DNA of 64,000 bases from Macrostomum lignano (Eukaryota): assembly GCA_002269645.1 (NCBI GenBank), contig NIVC01002128.1, positions 62,001-126,000 on the forward strand, read 5' to 3'. This document shows positions 35,180 to 45,819 of this stretch, in pieces. The notes below the pieces were generated by a model. That model saw nothing but the letters and a program-made list of their open reading frames with translations. It did no database searches and was not told the DNA's origin. Position 1 is the stretch's first letter; every line of letters begins with the position of its first letter. The position numbers were made by a program, and so were the translations under genes.

Positions 35180-36700
35180 GATGGTAGCGATGTTGCGATG
35201 GCAGGCCATTTAAGCTCGCCTCACCAGTGGCAGTCATTGGAACAGCTTAATTCCAGCCCGTAGGTCAGCATGAGAGGAATATGGCAACCTAGCTTCAGGT
35301 TGTCGAGCCGACAGCTGAAGATGGAGCGAAAAGGTAGGAGGCCCACCACCCCAGCTGCTTGCGGTTGTTGACAATGGCATCCGGGTCAGGGATCAGCACG
35401 CCCAGATACTTGAATTGGTTTCTCGGGGCGTTGGTGTTGCCGTCCGGTAGAATAAGCAGTGAACAACAACAAACAACAAAATACGCTCTCAGGATGGCAA
35501 AAGTCAGCGTCACAGGGCGCGCTTCATGGCTTGGACGCGAACAAAGGCCGCGCCACCGACAGTGTCCGGGGCGCCGGCGTCAGCCAGCAGACAGTCGCAG
35601 GCCATCTCATCTGCGCCGAGTCGTACTGCCCACAGCCGGTGGAGGAGGTGCTGCTGCTCACGCTGCACGCACCCTACCGGCGAGGTCAAGCGCGAACTCG
35701 GCGTTACGTCGACTGTCTAAACAGTGAAAAAGGGTTGAAAATGCCAATATGCAGCACCTCTGTCTCAACGTAGTTGATGTGGAGTCCCACGCGCTTCCCC
35801 TCGCCAGCCAGCCGACTCACCGCCCTCTGCGCAGCTTTGGGGTGCAATAGGTCAGCGCCAGGCTGTTGGCGTAGGCGCTCAGCAGCTTGGATGTGGGCAG
35901 TTTGCAGCGCTTCAGCCGCAGTGGAAGGAAGCACTGCTGGTAGTGCCATGCCGGGTAACTGCGGCTTGCATTCCTTGCCGGGCTTCTAAAGTGCACCAAA
36001 TTGCTACGGTTGCCTCCTGGGTAGGGCTGCTGCCGAGGAAGCGACTGCTACAGAGAAGCTTTCGTAGTTGGAGCTTCGAGTCCTTGAGTTGCTGCAGGAA
36101 AATGATTTTATTTCAGGGTTGTAAAGTGCACCCTAGTGGGACAGGGGACTGGCGCACCGGCTTTCCGAAGAGATGCCAGCGTACGCACAGTCTGCAGCAC
36201 AGGAAAGTGTGGTTGGGTGGGGTGCATTTCAGGGTGATGATACGAATGGCCCGGAGACGAGTTCTCTGCGACATTGGGCAGAGAATCCAGTTGAGTCGGG
36301 TGTTGCGACTAATTGGCCATGAAAAATCAGAACACTGAGACGTTGGCGAAGGCAGCCACTTGCCGTCATCAGGTCGCGAGAGAGTGAATGAATTCACAAA
36401 GAAAAACTGTGTTGGCATTTAGTCGCCGGTGACAATGATGAGCTCCAGGGAGGCCAGCTGGTCAATCAGAGCATCTAGTTGGTTGTAGAAGCACTCAGTT
36501 TCAGATGGGTCAGAGGAAATGTGTGGTGCGTTTAGCGCATACACACAGATGAAATTGATGCGCATGTCCTCCAGAGCTAAAGAGTCGCATGACCGATGCG
36601 CTCAGAGAAAACTTTGATCGAGAGGAGCGATCACGAATCTTCTGGGAAGAGCAGGAAGCCAATCCCCCCTTGAGCAGAGGCAGGTGAACATCCACCTGCA
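35180..36700 (-). mobile_element. Second decayed copy of the APE-RT non-LTR family, internally deleted
   Basis: Minus strand: GGIGFLL...SERIGHATL...INFICVYA and ETECFYNQLDALIDQL...IIVTGD (APE motifs, 36420-36700), AYANSLAL (degenerate YADD) and FKYLG. It is homologous at DNA level to 7870-8330 and 9340-9900. Confidence 0.8.
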
Positions 36701-37121
36701 GTTACCTTTTCAATTGGATTGAAAAATAATATGCTAACTAAAAAATAAAATGCTACTAGTTTTTGCTTTTGCTGCTCGTACGAAGTAATTCACATTTAAA
36801 AGAATTATATAATCTTCGAAAAAAATATACCTTCAGTTTAATTTATTAGATAAATTTATGATGTCCTCGCACTACCACTGCCCCGAAATCGCCCTCTTTT
36901 CAGCCGTTACTAGACATTCGCAATTTAACTAATTTTATCTTAAAAATCAGCTTAAAATGTACGACATCGTTAGCGTCTTAAATCTTAAATGATTCGGAAT
37001 TCCACGCCAATTTAAATTGTCACCTCGCTCTCGTTTTTGCATAATTATCCGCTCCTTGGCGTTTCGTCTCGTACTCTTTGTGTCAACAATAAACTAATAA
37101 TTGAATTAGATAACTAATAAA

Positions 37122-37660
37122 TCAGTCAGTCAGTCAGTCAGTCAGTCAGTCAGTCAGTCAGTCAGTCAGTCAGTCAGTCAGTCAGTCAGTCAGTCAGTCA
37201 GTCAGTCAGTCAGTCAGTCAGTCAGTCAGTCAGTCAGTCAGTCAGTCAGTCAGTCAGTCAGTCAGTCAGTCAGTCAGTCAGTCAGTCAGTCAGTCAGTCA
37301 GTCAGTCAGTCAGTCAGTCAGTCAGTCAGTCAGTCAGTCAGTCAGTCAGTCAGTCAGTCAGTCAGTCAGTCAGTCAGTCAGTCAGTCAGTCAGTCAGTCG
37401 ATCAGTCAGTCAGTCGATCAGTCAGTCAGTCAGTCAGTCAGTCAGTCGATCAGTCAGTCAGTCAGTCAGTCAGTCAGTCAGTCAGTCAGTCAGTCAGTCA
37501 GTCAGTCAGTCAGTCAGTCAGTCAGTCAGTCAGTCAGTCAGTCAGTCAGTCAGTCAGTCAGTCAGTCAGTCAGTCAGTCAGTCAGTCAGTCAGTCAGTCA
37601 GTCAGTCAGTCAGTCAGTCAGTCAGTCAGTCAGTCAGTCAGTCAGTCAGTCAGTCAGTCA
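37122..37660. repeat. (GTCA)n microsatellite, about 540 bp, with rare GTCGATCA variants
   Basis: Directly visible. Confidence 0.98.
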
Positions 37661-38661
37661 AATTTGAAGTATTGCTGCTGCATGCAGATAAAAGCAATGC
37701 ACTGAAGACTTACCAGACTTCCAGGGATTTGTAGGGATCTGGAAAATAGATACTTGTTTTATGACCGTTTGGGTATTAAAATACTTTGACTATTAGGTCT
37801 CAGATCAAAGAAGTCAATCACTTACAGTAATACTCTGACCTCCCACTCCTGTCAGATGGTCAGTCCCAAGGTAGTATTGTGCCCGGGTACACCGGTGTTA
37901 CACTTTAGACTATCCGGGGTTTTTTTGTCTTGCCCGGATATCCGAACGCACTTACGATATCCGCCCGGATACTGCCAAGCAAAAAACCTGCTTTGTTTTC
38001 TCCTTCCCATATATCTTGAGCTGCTTTGCATTGTCCGGGCACTTTGAGATGTCTCTCCCGGACATCCTACGGCACTGACTCTGCTATCCGGCACGAAGAT
38101 CACAAGAAGGGGAAGTTGTCTCAGGATATCCGACTGTAGGTTGAAAGAGAGGGGTCAGCCTGCGGAGACAGAGGTTTGCTTTATGACATCCGGCTACTGA
38201 TATCCGAGGTTAGGAATAGCAAAATTTCGAAATCAATTTTCACAAAGAAGAAAAAACTTTTTGCTACTTTTTCAATTGGCAAACATCTGCGTCATGCTTC
38301 TTTAACCGAGTATATTTTCAATCACTATTTTGCATTTCACACACTCCAAACAGAAGTAAAATTAAAGCTATTGATACTATACATTGTCAACCGAAAAACT
38401 GTTACTTGATTCACCAATCTACACGTAATTCGATCAGTCAAAAACAGCTGCGATCCTGGATTATCCAGGGTAGGTTATCGCAAAGCGACAATAATTTTGT
38501 TTTGCGATGTCCCCCGGAGAACAGAAAGCCTAACACCGGGCATTGCACTCCAACTCCTACCCATCGCGTTTGCTTAACTCCCGTTGTGTCTGCTGTGGCC
38601 CTTGGCATGTCCCCATGACCCATCATGCATTCTCTACCATACATTTGCCCCGATTGACGAT

Positions 38662-39617
38662 CAGGGGCGTCGCCATAGATTTTATGATGGGGATACCAAG
38701 CCAATACACTACTTTTTTACGAGTAAATCGGTGTTGTTATCACTCACTTTGATGCGGCAGGCACTCATTTTAACGCCACAGGCACTCATTTTAGCACCGC
38801 AGACACTCATTTTAGCGCTACAGGCACTCATTTTAGCGCTACAGGCACTCATTTTAGCACCGCAGGCACTCATTTTGGCGCCAACAGGCACTCAGTTTAG
38901 CGCTACAGGCACTCATTTTAGCACCGCAGGCACTCATTTTGGCGCCAACAGGCACTCAGTTTAGCGCTACAGACACTCATTTTAGCACCGCAGGCACTCA
39001 TTTTAGCGCTACAGACACTCATTTTAGCACCGCAGGCACTCATTTTAGCGCTACAGGCACTCATTTTAGCGCTACAGGCACTCATTTTAGCACCGCAGGC
39101 ACTCATTTTGGCGCCAACAGGCACTCAGTTTAGCGCTACAGACACTCATTTTAGCACCGCAGGCACTCATTTTAGCGCTACAGACACTCATTTTAGCACC
39201 GCAGGCACTCATTTTAGCGCTACAGACACTCATTTTAGCACCGCAGGCACTCATTTTAGCACCGCAGGCACTCATTTTAGCACCGCAGGCACTCATTTTA
39301 GCACCGCAGGCACTCATTTTAGCACCGCAGACACTCATTTTAGCGCCACAGGCACTTATTTTAGCACCGCAGGCACTCATTTTAGCACCGCAGGCACTCA
39401 TTTTAGCACCACAGGCACTCATTTTAGCACCGCAGGCACTCATTTTAGCACCGCAGGCACTCATTTTAGCGCCACAGGCACTCATTTTAGTGCCCTGAAG
39501 CAAAATTACTAAAATTTCCATAGCGGGTCATAAAGGTGGGGTGGGGACAAAGCTTTGGCATGTCCCCCCCTCACAGCTTATACTAGGCTGCCCCCCCCCC
39601 CAGTGGCGGCGCCCCTG
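38662..39617. mobile_element. hAT-type MITE containing a 21-bp minisatellite
   Basis: TIRs are CAGGGGCGTCGCCA and TGGCGGCGCCCCTG (13/14). The flanks TTGACGAT and TTGGCGAT form an 8-bp TSD (7/8). An internal array of CAGGCACTCATTTTAGCACCG-type units spans about 38757-39490. Confidence 0.82.
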
Positions 39618-40485
39618 TTGGCGATCAATGAGACGATTGAGAGACGTTGAGACGATAATTTAATTGATCATTCTCGATTACCAAAACTAATTTTGAGTAC
39701 ATGTACAGATTCGTACTTTATACCAAGCTAGATGTCTCTAGATAGTCTGGCCGAAGTTCGAAGCAACTCATGCTGATAGAACTTTAATCGTAACAACTTT
39801 TTATTAGCTTTAATTTTATAAAACTACAGGTTTCATCCAAATGTTATAATTGCTATTTACGTACCGTTAATCCATGAATAACGCATTTATACATATCTAT
39901 GCATTTCAAAGCATAATTTCCGCTTTCAAAAGCATTTACACGATTCGTGAGGGTATCCTTAACGTGAGTTTCCAGTGCTCCTTACCCTGAATCTCTTCTG
40001 GATTCCAAAAAAATTTAAATATACTCTGAATGGACACTACTGTACATTGACTCAGTGCGCAATGCCTACTACATGTAAGTACCAGCATAAACTATATCCA
40101 CTTTCCTTACAGTCACATCCAGCATAATGCTTGCAATCGTCAACGCGCATAAATAATTAAGAAACTGTTTGCGAGACCGTATGCAATTTTAGTAGCTCAT
40201 AACTCATGCAAGACTATTTTGATCAACTAGGTTAAAGCTAAGCCAACTCTGGGTGCGCAAGCGCAGAGTAAATGTAAGGGTTGAAGTTCAAGTCTACATG
40301 ATAGGAAATCAGACCAAGGGCCAATCAAATTTATCATGAAGTTAGATGTGATACTCGTACGCTCGTAATAACATGCTTTATACATTAACGAACGCCTGTT
40401 TCCTGTGCTCTTCAGGACTGAATTCCTGCTAATCAGTTAGTCGACTGACTACTCGTAATTGAACTAACTTTAAATTTACTCACCA

Positions 40486-42127
40486 ATGTACTCATATCAG
40501 CTTCTAATTCTATCCTTATTTATTATCGGTAAGTATTTTATATTTACTGACATATAAACACAGAGCTCAGTGACTTGGGTTGTTCTGAAAGGATTTCAGA
40601 GGCCTCGTTAGAAATTCTATGTTAAAGTAAAGTCGGAAAAAACACACTTTTAAAGGGAAATGTACGTCGTAGAAGGGTACTACATGTATTTTGGCTAAGA
40701 TGCATGCAATAATTGTATACATGCCAATTGCTGCGCGCAAAACATCTATCTAACCCCTAGTCCTACTCTAAACTCTGTATTTCAGCTTCCTCAGTAGCTG
40801 CAGACGAGTTCAGCACACTTTCAAGACAGAAACGGGCGACATGCAGCTCCGCAGTTTGTTACAACGGTGGCACCTGCAACAACTTCACAGACAGCCCGCC
40901 CTGCCTCTGTCCGCTGCCCTACATTGCACCTTATTGCCGTGTCGCCGCAGACTACTGCTTCACCCTGCAGCCTGACAAGGGCATCACTGAGCTGCCTGTG
41001 TGCCAGAATGACGGCAACTGCACGCTGACTTACGCTGACCCATATTTTAACTGCTCTTGCTTACCTGGCTTTTATGGTAATCAATTAATTAGCATGATTT
41101 CAGCCAAATTGTTTAGGTTAATGTAAGAAATCTCCGAAATTCAGGGCTACGTTGCGAGCATGCGGAACCAATACCGGAAGCTACTACGCTACCATCTGAC
41201 GGCGGAACAAGCCCGAACTTTTCAACCGAAACAAAATCTACCGAAGTAGTCAGCACTGGCGTTGCAAGTGAGTTGATAATGATCATTACTTGTTCATGAA
41301 AAAATATTAGGCAGATTTAACTGCACTTTTAACTGACATTCAATTAAATATTCTGCAGACCTGACTACATCCGGTTGGCATGAAAGGATGGGAGTAGTGC
41401 TACTCATATCCGTCAGTGTTGGAGTCCCAATCGCCGTGGTGATAATTGCTGCCATGGCGGCTGCCATCGTTTTTGCTGCTCGTTATCGCAATCGCCAAAA
41501 GGTAAAAAAATCTATTGTACTGCTTGTACTTGCTGTTATAAGCCTGAAAGAGCCTAGAATGAGTTCCAGAATGTTATTTCCTGTGTGGTAATTCCCGCAT
41601 TGCTTACATGCTGCAATGCAGTCATTTTGCCCGACTTTTAGGCTAAAAAGAGACAAATGGAGAACAAAATTGCGCAGCTTCATCCGATTTTTAACACTTC
41701 TACCGCATCGCTTTGCAAAATTTCAAAAAAATGGTAGTTTTCTGACCATTTTGAAGCTTGTATTGAGAAATATTTATGCGAAATAGAAACTAGCGCATTC
41801 TGAAATATCAACATATTTCAGTTTAAACTTTTGTTGTGATGTCTTGACAATGTCTGCGCATATTCATCAGGCCAAAAGAAATAGAGAGTTTGTTATAATA
41901 TTCACATCATATAGTATACGTGACGATATGCGTTTTAAATGATTTTTTAAAAATACTGATTTGATCACAAAAAGTCTCCAAGAGAATATTTGAGAGGTTA
42001 TATTTATACAATATTTGCTGAGTAAAATACAATTCTCAAATGATTTCAGACCTCTCGAAGCGGCGACAGGACCAGATACGTCTGGGAAGAGGGCTGCGAA
42101 TCAGACTTCAATTCTCATGCAATCTGA
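40486..42127 (+). CDS. EGF-EGF type-I membrane protein, array gene 1 (furin-like RQKR before the EGF pair)
   Basis: Exons 40486-40528 (MYSYQLLILSLFII), 40786-41076 (EGF pair), 41145-41267 (GLRC plus Thr/Ser stalk), 41359-41501 (TM VVLLISVSVGVPIAVVIIAAMAAAIVFAA), 42050-42127 (TSRSGDRTRYVWEEGCESDFNSHAI*). Phases are consistent. Confidence 0.85.
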
Positions 42128-42850
42128 ACTTTGTAAACTAATGGAACGCTATGCTGAGTTGCTTAATTTTGATAATTAGGAAACGCCTCAATCTGTCATA
42201 GCATTTGTAAAAATCCATTGACAACTTTTTGCAGCAGCATATTTCTTTTGTTCACTAAATTTGCAAATGAAAGTGTTAAATAGTAACGTCAAAAAGCTGG
42301 GTAGCGGCACTTATTGAATGCAAGTGTAGCTTTTGACGATTCCAGGTTCGATTTAGCTTATACATTATATTGAATAGATAGCTAGCTTTGGTTTGCAGGA
42401 ACTCTGCGAGCTCGTGCAACAAAAAGCTAAATTAATTAGCTCGTATGCACCGAGCTTCACGGTTGGCTGCAGAAAGTTGTATTAATTTACTGCCATGTTT
42501 TGTGCTGGAAAATAATTGAAAATGTGGTGTCTTGATTTGCTGTATTCATTCTACTCGGAATGTAGGAAAACACACTAAGAGTTAATACTTCAGTGATTTG
42601 ATCAATGTAATAGTATGAAAACCTGTTATGGCAATTTCCGAGGATCATTTAAGGCCAGCATGCCGTTTGGTCTTTCACAAGCTTATCGAATTTGGCTTTA
42701 TAAAAGTACTACTCAAAACTGGCAAGCAAACAAATTCAAACAAACTTACAGCTTCTAAAAAAGAATTCTTTTTAGAATTTTCTGGGGCAAAATCCTACTT
42801 GATGCAATGCTTTTAGCAAAAAATTAGTCTAATCCACCTGTACTGTATTT

Positions 42851-44422
42851 TAAGGGTTGCCACTCTTCTTGTGGCGTATGCAAAGGGCCAGGGGGGGGCC
42901 ACTGGTCCCGCGATCATCCGACAAAAATACCGCTCCCAGAAAACGTTGCGCTCCTCCAAAAATTAACAAAAGAGGCAGCCAAACCCGACGAAAGCCCTTA
43001 AGAGACAGGAGCGCCCACCTAAGAGACAGCAGGGGCGCCCACCTAAGAGACAGCAGGGGCGCCCACCTAAGAGACAGGGGCGCCCACCAAAGAGACAGCA
43101 GGGGCGCCCACCTAAGAGACAGGGGCGCCAACCTAAGAGACAGGGGCGCCCACCTAAGAGACAGGGGCGCCAACCTAAGAGACAGGGGCGCCCACCTAAG
43201 AGACAGGGGCGCCCACCTAAGAGACAGGGGCGCCCACCTAAGAGACAGGGGCGCCCACCTAAGAGACAGGGGCGCCCACCTAAGAGACAGCAGGGGCGCC
43301 CACCTAAGAGACAGGGGCGCCCACCAAAGAGACAGCAGGGGCGCCCACCTAAGAGACAGGGGCGCCAACCTAAGAGACAGGGGCGCCCACCTAAGAGACA
43401 GGGGCGCCAACCTAAGAGACAGGGGCGCCCACCTAAGAGACAGGGGCGCCCACCTAAGAGACAGGGGCGCCCACCTAAGAGACAGGGGCGCCCACCTAAG
43501 AGACAGGGGCGCCCACCTAAGAGACAGGGGCGCCCACCTAAGAGACAGGGGCGCCCACCTAAGAGACAGCAGGGGCGCCCACCCAAGAGACAGGGGCGCC
43601 CACCTAAGGGACAGGGGCGCCCACCTAAGAGACAGGGGCGCCCACCTAAGAGACAGGGGCGCCCACCTAAGAGACAGGGGCGCCCACCTAAGAAACAGGG
43701 GCGCCCACCTAAGAGACAGGGGCGCCCACCTAAGAGACAGCAGGGGCGCCCACCCAAGAGACAGGGGCGCCCACCTAAGAGACAGGGGCGCCCACCTAAG
43801 AGACAGGGGCGCCCACCTAAGAAACAGGGGCGCCCACCTAAGAGACAGGGGCGCCCACCTAAGAGACAGGGGCGCCCACCTATGAGACAGGGGCGCCCAC
43901 CTAAGAGACAGCAGGGGCGCCCACCTAAGAGACAGGGGCGCCCACCTAAGAGACAGCAGGGGCGGGCGGGGCGCCCACCTAAGGGACAGGGGCGCCAACC
44001 TAAGAGACAGCAGGGGCGCCCACCTAAGAGACAGGGGCGCCCACCTAAGAGACAGCAGGGGCGCCCACCTAAGAGACAGGGGCGCCCACCTAAGAGACAG
44101 GGGCGCCCACCTAAGAGACAGCAGGGGCACCCACCTAAGAGACAGGGGCGCCCACCTAAGAGACAGCAGGGGCGCCCACCTAAGAGACAGGGGCGCCCAC
44201 CTAAGAGACAGGGGCGCCCACCTAAGAGACAGCAGGGGCACCCACCTAAGAATCAGGGGCGCCCACTGAGAGATACGAGCTAATGAAAGGGCAACCCCTC
44301 AAATGAAATGACAACCCCTCAAATTAAATCACAACCCCTTAAATGAAATGACAACTCATCAAATGAGATGACAACCCTCATCAAATGAAATGACAACTCA
44401 TCAAAGGAAATGGCAACCCCTA
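42851..44422. repeat. 21/24-bp minisatellite (CAGGGGCGCCCACCTAAGAGA +/- CAG, about 43005-44270) inside a possible TIR element
   Basis: The array is directly visible. It is bounded by TAAGGGTTGCCA (42851) and TGGCAACCCCTA (44411-44422), with 20-bp AAATGAAATGACAACCCCTC subrepeats at 44310-44422. No TSD was found. Confidence 0.75.
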
Positions 44423-44879
44423 ACGCCCTACTGAATGGAACAAATCTTGCACTTCATTACTAATGGTGCATGCTAACCAATTTAAACAAAAAAACATTTG
44501 TTGTAATGCAACGTAAAGTCTTGAATTGTATCGTGTTTTGTCATAAAAATCTTTTCTTTTTTAGCAATTTATTCGATTTTAGCCTCCATTTTGATTTGGC
44601 TAAATCAATAAATCAATAAATCAATAAATTTGATTGCAGTTTTGGCAAACTAGATGGCAAAAAGGTATGTTATTTGCAGTAGTTTTTTAGGTCTACCCTG
44701 CCCTCCTTTAGACGGCAGCACACACGATCTTCTACCTTAGCGTACCAAAGATTCCAAAGATACCAAAGATACCAAAGATAGAAAATCAATGGCTGTTTTC
44801 TCGCGTACAATTAAGTTGTTTTATGAGAGTGGAAATCTTTGGATTTATTCCTTACATATGGGTATGCAGTGACAATAAA

Positions 44880-45140
44880 AAAACAAAGCGGTCCAACCCG
44901 GTGGGGTGGCACTATGACCGGCTTCAACCACGCCATGCATTGGTGGAGGACATCAAACCGGGAGCGCTGCCAACTCAGCAAGCCGACATGCCGTCGACTG
45001 CGGTGCACCCGAAACCCCAGCCGGCAGCTCCAAGCCGGTATACGGGGGAGAATTTCCACAGCCACCGCCCTACGGGTCGGACAACCCACGACGCCCTGAG
45101 AGGCAACGGAAGCCTCCCTCGCTTGCGGATGGACCCATAG
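44880..45140 (+). mobile_element. Possible 3' fragment of a non-LTR retrotransposon (C-terminal Cys region)
   Basis: A GC-rich island whose frames give TGFNHAMHWW and VDCGAPETP, resembling the RLRTG..RF...MHxW...CDCG..QT C-terminal motif of some non-LTR clades. Degenerate. Confidence 0.4.
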
Positions 45141-45819
45141 TTTCGTCAGCTGTGCTCACAGCTTGGTGGTGAAGCCATCAAATCTGTTATAAATTTCAGA
45201 AAAACGTAGTACACACAGTAGTAGCCATAATAATGTATTCTGATATTGTTATACTGAAACTTCTACGCTCTTCCCGTATGCTAAATAGTAACATTCTAGA
45301 AACATCCCTCGCGCATCGCGAGTCTATCAATAATAACATCCCGAGTCATAACCAAGACTCGCTCGCTCTACTGCTACAGCGCTGATAAACTTTGTCACTT
45401 CTACAATGAATTTGCCGCCGAGTTACTTTTCAGGTTGGTTATAACAATACAAGACTCTTTTCATTTACTCGAAGATACAACATACGAGCTACACTGCATC
45501 ATACACGATCTTCTCTAGAAACAGGGATTTAGCCTAGAAACTCGAGAGTACTACTTAAAATTCAAAAGCAGTTTGCCTCCGTAAGTTAAAAAAATTCAAA
45601 CCTGTACAATTCAAGTTGTTTTGTTAGAAAGTATAAAAGTTTCTTGCATTTATTCCAAGTAATGTACATACGGGTAAACTCGTACCTAGCGGCAATAACA
45701 ACACACAAAGCGTATTAAAAAGCAGACAGATGCGCATTGGGTCACATGAGTCACGGTTAAAAAGAAGCCAGTAGAAAAAGAGAAGTTTGTGCGGAGAAAA
45801 ACATCTGCGGCCAAATTCC

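Noticed and set aside
38709-39521. Repetitive ORFs (MSACGAK / AGTHFST) and a CRISPR-like appearance
   Set aside because: Contiguous 21-bp tandem units without unique spacers, in eukaryotic DNA with no cas genes.
42850-44283. 463-aa and 342-aa repeat ORFs
   Set aside because: In-frame by-product of 21/24-bp units; no splice or signal context.
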